Origin: Clostridia bacterium
GTDB taxonomy: Bacteria > Bacillota > Clostridia > Oscillospirales > CAG-272
Length of the DNA: 64,000 nucleotides
NCBI GenBank assembly: GCA_017483305.1
Contig: JAFULC010000061.1
Coordinates: 200 to 64,199, forward strand
Direction of reading: 5' to 3'
In this document: positions 45,866-54,952 of the stretch, one piece after another
How the letters are laid out: every line of letters starts with the position of its first letter
Numbering within the stretch: the stretch's first letter is position 1
Translations under genes and position numbers: made by a program
Notes under the pieces: generated by a model
What the model was told of the DNA's origin: nothing
The model's database searches: none
The model's input: the letters and a program-made list of their open reading frames with translations, nothing else

Positions 45866-46797
45866 TTTGATCTTTTCCCTCTTCCCTTTTTCTCGTCCTC
45901 ACGGGGCACGTAGAGGGGATTTTTCTCGCCGCAATAGACACATACCGCGCGCGATTTCGGAATAATTCTGCCGCAGGCGCATTTTACGAAATCATCGTCG
46001 GAATACTGCTTTTCCTTGCGCGGTTCGACCTTCTCCTCGGACGTATCCTCCGCCGAGGCGTCGCCGACCTTGTGCTTGTCGGTCTTTTTGAAGGAGAATT
46101 TCGATTCCTTGCCCTCCAGCAGTCTCTTTATGTTCTCTCTGTGCATAAATACGACGAGCGCGCCGATGAAAAATGCCGACAGAGTCGTGCCGCCCTTCAA
46201 GGGGTAGAACACGTAGCTGAGGAACGGAAAGAGCATCGCGCAGATGATCGACGCGAGCGAAACGAACCTCGTTAAGAGAGCAATGACGAGAAATACTGCC
46301 AAAATTATCGGGAATGTCGCAGGGGCGAGGATCACAATACAGATCGCCGTACAGGCTACTCCCTTGCCGCCCTTGAACTTATAATATATCGGGAACATGT
46401 GACCGAACACGACGAAGAACGCCGCGATCGCGCCGCCGATCTCTCTTGTCAGCAAAAACGTGCCGAAAACGACCGCCAGAGCCGCCTTGATCATATCAAG
46501 CGCAAGAATGAGCACTGCCATCTTCTTGCCGTAGGTGCGAAGCGTGTTGGTCGCGCCCGCGTTTCCGCTTCCGTACGAGCGGATATCCTCTTTATATATC
46601 TTTCTCGATATGATGATCGAGGGGTTTATGCTACCGATGAGGTAAGGCACGATGATACAGAGCAGAGCCGCGCCGACAAAGAGCAGCGAGCTTTGGTTCT
46701 CTCCCAAATTAAAGATCTGACAGAGGTAGGCATAAAGATTCCACGCCACTCTCTGTGTCGCTTCTTCCGTTGTGGCAGTAAGCATTAAAATGTTCAT
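45862..46797 (-). CDS. plsY: Glycerol-3-phosphate acyltransferase PlsY with a C-terminal Cys-rich extension
   Basis: YLIGSI, DIRSYGSGNAGATN, GHMFP..FKGGKGVA, HRENIKRL. Confidence 0.92.
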   Translation of the reverse strand: MNILMLTATTEEATQRVAWNLYAYLCQIFNLGENQSSLLFVGAALLCIIVPYLIGSINPSIIISRKIYKEDIRSYGSGNAGATNTLRTYGKKMAVLILALDMIKAALAVVFGTFLLTREIGGAIAAFFVVFGHMFPIYYKFKGGKGVACTAICIVILAPATFPIILAVFLVIALLTRFVSLASIICAMLFPFLSYVFYPLKGGTTLSAFFIGALVVFMHRENIKRLLEGKESKFSFKKTDKHKVGDASAEDTSEEKVEPRKEKQYSDDDFVKCACGRIIPKSRAVCVYCGEKNPLYVPREDEKKGRGKRSK

Positions 46798-46821
46798 ATT
46801 AAGGTATCCCTTTCGGACGTT

Positions 46822-47067
46822 TCAGGATTTTTTGGAGCGCTCGAGAAGTCTTTGGAGTCTTGCGCGGTTTGCTTCAAGTCTGCGGTCTCTCTCCTCGGGC
46901 ATCGGGGTGATCTCGGTCAGCTTACCGTCAGAAAGCTCTGCGCTGAACACGTCGCGCACCTGCATACCGCAAAGCAGCTCTCTTTTAACGTTGACCGTCT
47001 CGTCGTCATCCGAGATGCAGACGAAAATATCCCCCTCGGCGCGATCTATTGAAAATATCTTCTTCAT
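46822..47067 (-). CDS. DUF3006-like small protein
   Basis: SIDRAEGDIFVC motif and a C-terminal helix. Operonic. Confidence 0.65.
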   Translation of the reverse strand: MKKIFSIDRAEGDIFVCISDDDETVNVKRELLCGMQVRDVFSAELSDGKLTEITPMPEERDRRLEANRARLQRLLERSKKS

Positions 47068-47068
47068 A

Positions 47069-48163
47069 TCAGAAAAGCTCTATGAGCTCCTTGGGGCTGT
47101 GGGTGAAGTCGTAGGTCGAGCCGTCGGGCATGATAGCGACCATATCCTCGATACGACAACCGTAAAGTCCCTCGATATAAATGCCGGGCTCGTCGGTAAC
47201 AACGTGACCGCGTGCGAGCACGAGATCCTCGGGCGCTCTCGACGAAAGTCCGGGAGCTTCGTGGATATACATACCTACACCGTGACCGAGGCTATGTCCG
47301 AATCTGCCCTTATATCCCGCGTTGTCGATTATGTCTCTTGCGATCTTATCGCAGTCGCGGCAGAGGTTGCCCTCCTTGATATGCTCAAGCGCCGCAAGCT
47401 GTGCGGTCAACACCGTGTTATAGAGCTTCTTCATTTCGGCATCAGCCTTGCCGAGCACGACGGTTCTGGTCATATCCGAGCAATAGCCGTCGACCCTTGC
47501 GCCGTAGTCCATCGTGAAAAATCCCTTTTCGAGCTTGACGTTTCTCGGTACGCCGTGAGGGAGTGCCGATGCAGATCCCGAGACCGCGATGGTCTCAAAC
47601 GCAACGCCCTCGCTTCCCATTCTTCTCATGAAGAATTCAAGCTCGAGAGCCGCGTCGATCTCGGTCATATTGGGGGTCAGGGTCTTGAGAATATGAGTGA
47701 AGGCCGCATCGGTGATAGCCTGCGCCTTCTTCATTTTCTCGATCTCGTCGGCATCCTTGTAAAGACGCAGACCGTCCGCAATCTTAGATGCGCCGGGGAC
47801 AAGCTCCTTGCCCACGAGCACCTTTTTGAAGTTTTCGCAAGCCGCGACCGAGAGGGTCGCGTCCTCAAACGCGACTGTCCTGCACTCGTTTTCGTCGAGC
47901 AGACCGCACATGCAAATGCCCATCGAGGTGTCGGGCATTACGATCTCAAACTCCTCGGCGTTCACTGCCGCACGAGCCGCCTCGATGTAGCGGAAGTCGG
48001 TGATGACGTAGGATTTGTTCTTGGTTACGAGGACGTAGCCGTCCTGATAGTCGAATCCTGTGATGTATCTGATATTAACGTATGACGAGATAATAGCGGC
48101 GTCGATGCCCTGATCTGCCATTTTTGCCTTAAATTTTGTAAGCTTGCTCATAATATTCTCCAT
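47069..48163 (-). CDS. Xaa-Pro aminopeptidase (M24B)
   Basis: TDFRY, DYGARVDGYCSDMTRT, HSLGHGVG..IHE, EPGIY, RIED. Confidence 0.93.
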   Translation of the reverse strand: MENIMSKLTKFKAKMADQGIDAAIISSYVNIRYITGFDYQDGYVLVTKNKSYVITDFRYIEAARAAVNAEEFEIVMPDTSMGICMCGLLDENECRTVAFEDATLSVAACENFKKVLVGKELVPGASKIADGLRLYKDADEIEKMKKAQAITDAAFTHILKTLTPNMTEIDAALELEFFMRRMGSEGVAFETIAVSGSASALPHGVPRNVKLEKGFFTMDYGARVDGYCSDMTRTVVLGKADAEMKKLYNTVLTAQLAALEHIKEGNLCRDCDKIARDIIDNAGYKGRFGHSLGHGVGMYIHEAPGLSSRAPEDLVLARGHVVTDEPGIYIEGLYGCRIEDMVAIMPDGSTYDFTHSPKELIELF

Positions 48164-48189
48164 TCTATCGGTAAAACTCGATTGTTTGA

Positions 48190-49044
48190 TTATTTTTGCG
48201 CTAAGAACGCCTCGTAGCTTGTTTTCATCGCCAGTGCGTCCTCTGCCTGCGTGCCGTCTGACTCACAGATGATCGTCGGCGTGAGTCCGTCCTTCGCGAT
48301 CGCCTCCATCAAGGGATCGAAATCGGGTCCGTAGACCTCGTCGGCAAAGGTCAGATGCTTTTTCTCGCCTGCGCCCGTGTACTCGATCTTTGAGAAGTGA
48401 CAGTGCAGATTTTTCGCGACCTCGGGCGAGCATCCCTCGGCGATCTTGTCGAATATCCGTCTGTAATCGTCGACGGTGCGGAAAAGTCCCTGCTCGCGCG
48501 AGTTCATGTGTCCGAAATCGACGACGGGAACGTAGTGCCTGTCAACTCTGCACTGCTCTATTACCTCGTCGAGCGTGCCGAGCTGGTTGACCTTGCCCAT
48601 AGTCTCGATGCCGAGCTTGATCTCGGTATCTCCCACCGCCTCGATGACCTTTTCGAGCGTGTCGCAGGAGAGTTTCATCGCTTCCTCACGGCTGATCTTC
48701 GCCGCGCTTCCGCTATGGATAACTATCGTTTTCGCACCGAGCAGCTCTGCCGCCCACAGCGATTTTTGTATATAGTCGATGCTTTTGAGGCGTTTTTCGG
48801 GGTCAACTCCCGAAAGCGAGATGAAATAAGGCGTATGGAGCGACATCGAAATGCCGTGCGCTCTTGCCTCCTCACCGATCTTGCGAAGCGTTGCCTCGCC
48901 TGCCGTCAGACCGTTGCCTGCCTCGAATTCGTAGGCGTCGAGTCCGTAATTTTTAACCCAAGCGGGTGCTTGGACAGTCCCCTTTCCGCCTTGCGCGTAA
49001 AAGAGATCGCCGTTTCCACCGGGACCGAATTTTGCTTTTGACAT
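48190..49044 (-). CDS. nfo: Endonuclease IV-like TIM-barrel AP endonuclease
   Basis: SLHTPYFISL, IHSG, ETMGK..QLG, DFGH, HCHFSKIE, GEKKH, ICES. Confidence 0.82.
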   Translation of the reverse strand: MSKAKFGPGGNGDLFYAQGGKGTVQAPAWVKNYGLDAYEFEAGNGLTAGEATLRKIGEEARAHGISMSLHTPYFISLSGVDPEKRLKSIDYIQKSLWAAELLGAKTIVIHSGSAAKISREEAMKLSCDTLEKVIEAVGDTEIKLGIETMGKVNQLGTLDEVIEQCRVDRHYVPVVDFGHMNSREQGLFRTVDDYRRIFDKIAEGCSPEVAKNLHCHFSKIEYTGAGEKKHLTFADEVYGPDFDPLMEAIAKDGLTPTIICESDGTQAEDALAMKTSYEAFLAQK

Positions 49045-49047
49045 TTT

Positions 49048-49611
49048 TTATTCCCTGTTCTTTTTCTTGTATTTTTTCTCAAGCCAGAACGAGCAGACCG
49101 CGCGAGCGTCCTCTCCGTGAAGCTTGACGTATTTTTTGATGTGTCCGACCTCAAGCGCGCGCTTCGTTCTGAAAAACGCGTTATTTTTGTCGTTGATCGG
49201 GGGCACGATGATCGTTTTAAGACCGATGTGCTTGCCTGCCGCCGCGTCGGTCAGGAGCTGATCGCCGAGCATTGCGGTGTTTGTGCGGTCGGTGCCCATA
49301 TCGCGCATCGCACGCTTCAGATTTTTGGCGAACGGCTTTGCACTGTTGCAATAGAAGGGCAGTCCGATCTCCTCGTTGAAGATCTCAACGCGCTCGCGGC
49401 CGTTGTTTGATATGAAGGTCGCCTGAATTCCGCTCTGCCTGAGCGCCGCAAACCACGCTTTGATATGCTCGTCGGGCAGGGGCTGCTCGTAGGGAGCAAG
49501 CGTATTGTCTATATCGATAAGAAGCGCCTTGATTCCGATGCTTGTCAGAAACTCGGGAGTCACTTCCCTATATGTCGCGAAAATGTAGTCGGGCAACAGC
49601 CAGCTTGACAC
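49048..49611 (-). CDS. yqeG: YqeG-family HAD IIIA phosphatase
   Basis: DIDNTL, SNN, AKP, GDQLLTD. GTG start after an AGGAGG RBS. Confidence 0.88.
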   Translation of the reverse strand: MSSWLLPDYIFATYREVTPEFLTSIGIKALLIDIDNTLAPYEQPLPDEHIKAWFAALRQSGIQATFISNNGRERVEIFNEEIGLPFYCNSAKPFAKNLKRAMRDMGTDRTNTAMLGDQLLTDAAAGKHIGLKTIIVPPINDKNNAFFRTKRALEVGHIKKYVKLHGEDARAVCSFWLEKKYKKKNRE

Positions 49612-49872
49612 GGCACTACTCCTCCTATTATAATTTATCTTATATATTATACTATAATTAAAGTCAAGTATCAAGGGGTTTTTTCTAAATTTTTATTAAA
49701 ATTCGCTCATTTTTGTGCTTTTAAGTCAAAATGTCGGCGGCAGGGGTATAAGTGCTAACCTATTAAACCTTTCCCTTTCGTAATATAAAAAACAGAGGCG
49801 CGTTGGCGTACTCTTGACTTTACAGTGGATTTATGATATAATAAATATATAGATGAGGAGGTGACAAAGAAT

Positions 49873-50316
49873 ATGGAATATCGAGGATTCCTGAAATTAT
49901 CCGCGCTCGGTGATCTTATAGCTGTGCCTATTGTTATTACACATAAAGAGTTGAATGTTGGTGCAGAAGTTGTTATAAAAATAGAATACAAAGAAAATAC
50001 ATATTTAGGAACAGGAAAAAGTCTCGAATGGACGGATGCTTTTGCAAATCTTCAAAAGGCTTTGCCAGATGGTGTAGATATCCAATGCTGTATGACATGC
50101 AAACATGGAACACTATGCCCGTACGGAAACATTCCTGACTATATTCTTTGTTCGAAAAATGTCGTAATCAATGACAAGGACGATGTCATTGATTGGCTTG
50201 ACAAAGCAGACGTAGAGGATATTAAAAAATCTTCTTTGGGTTTGTGTGAACAATATGCCGCTTCAAATGAAAATGACTATACCTATAACGACTACTTATA
50301 CTATCTTAATCATTGA
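49873..50316 (+). CDS. AT-rich hypothetical protein (DUF6304-like, Cys motifs)
   Basis: FANLQKALP...QCCMTCKHG..CPYG. Own promoter-like TTGACT...TATAAT and an RBS. Confidence 0.7.
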   Translation: MEYRGFLKLSALGDLIAVPIVITHKELNVGAEVVIKIEYKENTYLGTGKSLEWTDAFANLQKALPDGVDIQCCMTCKHGTLCPYGNIPDYILCSKNVVINDKDDVIDWLDKADVEDIKKSSLGLCEQYAASNENDYTYNDYLYYLNH

Positions 50317-50401
50317 AAGGGGTAAATGGAGATTAGCTTTTGTGTCCACAAAAGCAGTGCTTGTCAGGAAAAGTAGATGGACTTTCGGTGCGCACAAAAT
50401 A

Positions 50402-50518
50402 AGCCTTCCCCAGTGGGGGGAAGGTGGCAGCCGAAGGCTGACGGATGAGGTGTCATAAGTTCAAATCAACTCCTCATCCACCGCTATCGCGGTCCCCCTT
50501 CTCCCACAGGAGAAGGCT
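50402..50518. repeat. REP-like palindromic doublet
   Basis: AGCCTTCCCCAGTGGGGGGAAGG...GGATGAGG paired with CCTCATCC...CCTTCTCCCACAGGAGAAGGCT. Confidence 0.65.
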
Positions 50519-50621
50519 ATTTTATCTCCCGACAGTACACCTATAAGGTGTAACACACTACACCTTGCCTGCAAGACGTGTAAAAAAAGGACAGAGAAAT
50601 TTCACATTCTCTGTCCTTTTC

Positions 50622-50671
50622 CGTAGGGGCGAACTGCGTTCGCCCGCGGACGTTCACAGAACGCCCCTACG
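50622..50671. repeat. GTAG-type REP doublet (REPIN-like)
   Basis: CGTAGGGGCG-AACTGCGTTCGCCC...GAACGCCCCTACG. Confidence 0.7.
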
Positions 50672-50852
50672 AAGATGATTTTCTATTGGTAGGCAAACCT
50701 GCTTTATGGGAAGCACCCGTTGCCCCTGTTTTTTTGGGGGAGAATTGGCAAGTTTACAATAGCTCATATAAGCCTGCGGCTTACTTGGCGAGTTTTGCCT
50801 TGCGGCAAAACATCGCACGGCTGCTCGCTTGCGCTCGCGCCTTTGCGATGTT

Positions 50853-50920
50853 ATCCCATTACTCACCCCAGAATGCAAAAAAAAGACACCCATAGGTGTC
50901 TTTTGCATTCTGGGGTGAGT
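50853..50920. repeat. Long hairpin built from the tRNA-His 3' end
   Basis: ACTCACCCCAGAATGCAAAA (50861-50880) pairs with TTTTGCATTCTGGGGTGAGT (50901-50920). 50853-50870 matches the last 18 nt of tRNA-His in inverted orientation. Confidence 0.8.
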
Positions 50921-51052
50921 GGCGAAGTTTGCGATAGCAAACTCGGGAAGCAACACGCAGTGTTGCGTAAGATTCTGAACACACGCCGTGGGCGAGCACC
51001 CTTGCTCGCCCACAAAAAAAGAACAGAGGCGCCTGCCTCTGCTCTTTTTTTC

Positions 51053-51130
51053 TGGGGTGAGTAATGGGATTCGAACCCACGGCCTTCAGGGCCACAACCT
51101 GACGCTCTAACCAACTGAGCCATACCCACC
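51053..51130 (-). tRNA. tRNA-His(GTG), including G-1
   Basis: GGTGGGTATGGCTCAGTTGGTTAGAGCGTCAGGTT-GTG-GCCCTGAAGGCCGTGGGTTCGAATCCCATTACTCACCCCA. Confidence 0.96.
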
Positions 51131-51134
51131 GTAG

Positions 51135-51211
51135 TGGCGTGCCTTGAGGGACTCGAACCCCCGACCTACTGCTTAGAAGGCAGTTGCTCTATCCAGCTGA
51201 GCTAAAGGCAC
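51135..51211 (-). tRNA. tRNA-Arg(TCT)
   Basis: GTGCCTTTAGCTCAGCTGGATAGAGCAACTGCCT-TCT-AAGCAGTAGGTCGGGGGTTCGAGTCCCTCAAGGCACGCCA. Confidence 0.96.
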
Positions 51212-51258
51212 AAAGTTTATGCCACGTAAGGCGCTTGCCATACACGGCATAAAAGAAA

Positions 51259-51332
51259 TGGAGCGAGTGATGGGAATCGAACCCACGCGACCAGCTTGGA
51301 AGGCTGGGATTCTACCATTGAACTACACTCGC
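51259..51332 (-). tRNA. tRNA-Gly(TCC)
   Basis: GCGAGTGTAGTTCAATGGTAGAATCCCAGCCT-TCC-AAGCTGGTCGCGTGGGTTCGATTCCCATCACTCGCTCCA. Confidence 0.96.
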
Positions 51333-51543
51333 ACGTATTCAATTTTAACGGTCATTTTTCAACCGCCTATATATCATACCACAAACAGAGGAGTTTGTCA
51401 ATACTTTTTTTCAATTTTTTTCAATTTTTTTTCGAGCCCCCAAAACCGCAAAATTCGCTTAATTTCAATACAAAATCATCGACAAAGCCTCCGCGCAAGC
51501 TTGCGCGGAGGCTCGTTTATATTGGGTTCGATTACAAAGCGTA

Positions 51544-54210
51544 TCAGCCGAGATTGATCTCAACGTTCATAACGATCGCGAGGTTCTCAAGCTTTTCTGC
51601 AAGCTCCTCACCGCCGCCGTTTTCAGCGTAGTAGGTCTCGAGCGCGCTTGCTACGGTCTGCGCCTCCTCCTCGTTGGAGTAGTTGATTCCGTAGGGGTTG
51701 CCGCCCTGCTCCTCGCTCTCAACGGTCTGTGCAACGGTCTGCATAACGACGTCAGAGCTGATGATCGTGTCGATGAACTCCTCAGGGGTGGTGTCGACCG
51801 TACCCTGCGAGGTCTCGGTATTGAAGATCGCGCCCGACTCCGCGCCTGTCATCGCAAGCGTGAGCACCTGGCTGACCGCATCCGCCTCGGCGGAAACCGC
51901 CTCGTCGGTGGGTGCGCTCTCCTTGAACTGTGCCATATTATTGATAAGGCTGCTGAGCGAATCTGCGATCTTATCGGAGTTTTCAATACCCGAGGTATTG
52001 AAGCTGCCAACCACGTTGCCTGTGATGATATTTGTGAGCATCTCGGCGTTTTCGGTGTTGACGTTCTGGATCATAGTCTCAACTGCCTGGATCTTCTCTT
52101 CCTTGGTCGCATCGGTCTTGGTGTTGACCTTTACCGCCTCAACAGTGCTTCCAACCGCACCGGTGGCGTTTGTAAATCCGCCATCCTTGCCGCCTGCGTG
52201 AGAGTTGATGGTGTTCGCGATCTCGGTCAGGTCTGCACGGGAAAGTCCAAGACCGTCAACCAGTGCATCCGACTGCATGATAGCGGTCAGGAGCTTCTGC
52301 GCTACCTCGGGACCGAAGACCTCGGAGCCCTGCATCTCATCGAGAATGCCGCCGAGCTTTTCAAATATCGCGGTTGTGTCGTTCATGTCGATGCCGCCCT
52401 CGGATACCATCGAAAGGAATTCACCAAAGATCTCGCCAAGCTTCTCCGCCTCTGCCGCAATGTCGGTGGAATCACTGTAATTGCCGAGCAGATTAAGTAT
52501 ATCCTCAAAGGTGACAAGCGAGGACTTCATGCTTGCCGCGGAATAAAGCGTGCCTGCGTCGTCGAAGCTGACTCCTGTCTTGCCTGCAAGGAAAGCATAG
52601 GATTTGCTGTAATTTTCCGCAGTATATTTGTTAAGAGTTACGCCGTTTACACTGATCGTGCCGTCGCCGTTATCGACAACGCCGCCTGCAGTGCTCGAGT
52701 CGGAAAGATCAACAAGTCCGTCCTTAACGGCTGCCGAGGAATCGGTTGCGCTTGCCGCCGCGTAAAGAATGAAGAATTCCTTAACGTCATCTGCGGTAAT
52801 ATCACTTTCACCGTCGAAGTCAACGATCAGGCCCTCCGCCACAGACTGAAGCGCCTCTCCGCCGACCTCTACGCCGTAGTTACCGAACGCAGTCTGGAGT
52901 CTGCCCGATACCGAGCCGTACTTATCTGCCTCGGAGAAGGATGCGGTCTCGTTGAGAATAGTTGCGATCTCGCCCATAAGCGCGTTGTATCTCTCGTCGT
53001 TACCCTCGGGGATTCCGAGTGTAGTTGCAAGGGTTCTAAGACCGAGACGTGTGATCTCATCCGCAAGGGGATGCATACGCTCGTTCTCGCCGACTACCGC
53101 CAAAAGCTCGCCGATGATCGCGCCGTCGCTGAGCTTGTCGAGAATGTCACCGCTCTCCTCGCCCTCAGTCGAGAGCACGCCGTGCTTTACAAGCACCTGG
53201 AACATATCAACCACCGTGCGAAGATCGGGAACGACCGTGTCCTTATCGGTGGTCGCAAGAATACCGAGCGCACTGTCTATAAGCGGCTGATAAAGCTCGC
53301 CTGCCTCTATCTTTTCCATTCCGAGGAATGCCTCGCCGTCAAGCCAGCTCTGCGAAGCCTCGGAGAGCACGCCCGCAAGCACGCCGCGGAGCATCGCCGA
53401 GCCCTCAAGCTCGTCGAGAGCCGAGTTGATCTCGGCAGCCTTCTCCTCGTCTATCGAGCCGAGGTCTGTGCCGACGTTACCGAGCTTATCGATAAGAGCA
53501 ACGACGATCTGAACGTCCTCTCTCAAATACACCTTTTCGCCGTAGTAGTCTGCGCTTGCAAGTGCATCGTAAAGGAAGCCGTAGCCGAGGTAATCAAAGC
53601 CCTCGTAAGCCTCCTTGACAGAGGGGACCTCCTCGGCAGGTGCCTCGGGGTCGGTCTCCTCCGCGAGCAGACCCGTGGAGTCGATCACATCTGCCGCAAC
53701 GCCGATCGTACCGATAAACGGAACGAAAAGGAAGAGCGAAACGAGCAGACCGCATACAAGTCCGACACCTGCGCCGCCAAGACGGTTTGCAACTGCGGAA
53801 AGCTTATTGAACAAGGGAATGAACTTGGAAACGATCGACATAACGATGCCGAGAATGAGCGAAAGCAAAGCATAGATCGCAGTGAATACGAAGGGCTTTG
53901 CTACCATCGTTACGTAGAACAAAATAGCCTCGCCAACGCTTCCGGGCTCTACGCCAACGGTGATTCCAAGCTCGGCTTGTGTAAGTAATTCGTTTATTTT
54001 CTCCGTAGCCATAGTCATGACGGGAGACGTGGGGCTGCACAGTATGGTCGTTACTATCGCGGCGACAATAGCCGAGATGACGATAGCGACGAGTGCCGCC
54101 AGGCGCTTCTTAAGTCCGCCGAATACACCCATAATAATATTTACTGCGACAACTACCGCAATAATTATCATCAGGACTGCCGGCACGATCATAGTGAAGA
54201 TCTGAAGCAT
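51544..54210 (-). CDS. Large membrane-anchored acidic protein with a CvpA-like N-terminal TM domain
   Basis: About four TM segments including NRLGGAGVGLVCG, followed by roughly 700 aa of acidic helical sequence. Confidence 0.8.
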   Translation of the reverse strand: MLQIFTMIVPAVLMIIIAVVVAVNIIMGVFGGLKKRLAALVAIVISAIVAAIVTTILCSPTSPVMTMATEKINELLTQAELGITVGVEPGSVGEAILFYVTMVAKPFVFTAIYALLSLILGIVMSIVSKFIPLFNKLSAVANRLGGAGVGLVCGLLVSLFLFVPFIGTIGVAADVIDSTGLLAEETDPEAPAEEVPSVKEAYEGFDYLGYGFLYDALASADYYGEKVYLREDVQIVVALIDKLGNVGTDLGSIDEEKAAEINSALDELEGSAMLRGVLAGVLSEASQSWLDGEAFLGMEKIEAGELYQPLIDSALGILATTDKDTVVPDLRTVVDMFQVLVKHGVLSTEGEESGDILDKLSDGAIIGELLAVVGENERMHPLADEITRLGLRTLATTLGIPEGNDERYNALMGEIATILNETASFSEADKYGSVSGRLQTAFGNYGVEVGGEALQSVAEGLIVDFDGESDITADDVKEFFILYAAASATDSSAAVKDGLVDLSDSSTAGGVVDNGDGTISVNGVTLNKYTAENYSKSYAFLAGKTGVSFDDAGTLYSAASMKSSLVTFEDILNLLGNYSDSTDIAAEAEKLGEIFGEFLSMVSEGGIDMNDTTAIFEKLGGILDEMQGSEVFGPEVAQKLLTAIMQSDALVDGLGLSRADLTEIANTINSHAGGKDGGFTNATGAVGSTVEAVKVNTKTDATKEEKIQAVETMIQNVNTENAEMLTNIITGNVVGSFNTSGIENSDKIADSLSSLINNMAQFKESAPTDEAVSAEADAVSQVLTLAMTGAESGAIFNTETSQGTVDTTPEEFIDTIISSDVVMQTVAQTVESEEQGGNPYGINYSNEEEAQTVASALETYYAENGGGEELAEKLENLAIVMNVEINLG

Positions 54211-54315
54211 AATGATTTACCAACCTTCCAAAAGTATTGTGAATGTATAACATTACATTATAATTATACCTCTGAAAGAAGATAATGTCAAGTCTTTTGC
54301 ACAATTTCGCCTAAA

Positions 54316-54645
54316 TTACGCTCTGTTTCTGATATAATGCTTCGCGTAGATCATAAAAGCCGCCTCCGCCTCTGCGCTGAGAGTGGTATATTCCTCGTAA
54401 TTCCCTGCCGTGAACGCTATCATCGCGGCGAGATAGAGCGAATAGAGTCTCGAATACGCGTCGGGCACGGTCAAGGTCGCCTTTTCGCTCTCGGGGAGCT
54501 TGATGCTCTCGGGCGACTGCTTGTGTATCTCGCAAAGCACCCTGCCCTCAACGTCACAAAGCCAACGGATCTTGACCTCCTCGCAGAGCTCGTTGGGCTT
54601 CATCGCGTCAACTGTCGCCAGCATATTTTCTACTGTCATTTTCAT
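54316..54645 (-). CDS. Orphan phage head-completion/adaptor-like protein
   Basis: MTVENMLATVDAMKPN...KIRWLCDVEGRV...LTVPDAYSRLYSLYLAAMI...Y pattern, which I recognise from genes normally downstream of N4-gp56 capsids. Strong AGGAGG RBS. Confidence 0.65.
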   Translation of the reverse strand: MKMTVENMLATVDAMKPNELCEEVKIRWLCDVEGRVLCEIHKQSPESIKLPESEKATLTVPDAYSRLYSLYLAAMIAFTAGNYEEYTTLSAEAEAAFMIYAKHYIRNRA

Positions 54646-54669
54646 TCCTCCTTTCTTTTTTTGTTTGTG

Positions 54670-54830
54670 GGGGAGCTTTTGAAAAAGCTCCCGAATCCCT
54701 CAAGGCTTGCCACTCTGATGGGAATACGGTGTTTTTCAAGCTTCACCATTTTAGAATCCAAACCGTCTGTCCTTTCTCTATCCCGGGGGAAGTTTTGAGG
54801 GTTCCAAGGGAAGTTTTTCAAAAGTTTGGC
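54670..54830. repeat. Intergenic palindromic MITE/REP-like element
   Basis: GGGAGCTTTTGAAAAAGCTCCC hairpin at the left and GAAGTTTTGAGGGTTCCAAGGGAAGTTTTTCAAAAGTT at the right. Confidence 0.5.
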
Positions 54831-54952
54831 GCGCCTCCCTCGCCTCCCCCACGCATCTATTGTACCATAAAAAAGGAAATAAAAAGAGCCCCCCGAGGCA
54901 AAAATTCGGAGGGCTTTAAAGTCCTTATATTAAAAGGGAAACTTGGGGGTTA

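Noticed and set aside
50654-51631. Short ORFs over the tRNA/REP region
   Set aside because: They overlap tRNA genes and palindromic repeats and are spurious.
52198-53988. Long antisense ORFs (also 42443-43993, 46772-48085, 16958-17974, 7917-9089, 5599-6729)
   Set aside because: These are shadow frames opposite well-supported genes, expected from the strong codon bias, and show no recognisable motifs.
54646-54950. Shared CTTAAC operator or SOS box upstream of the orphan adaptor gene
   Set aside because: No convincing match was seen, so co-regulation with the capsid operon is not supported by sequence alone.
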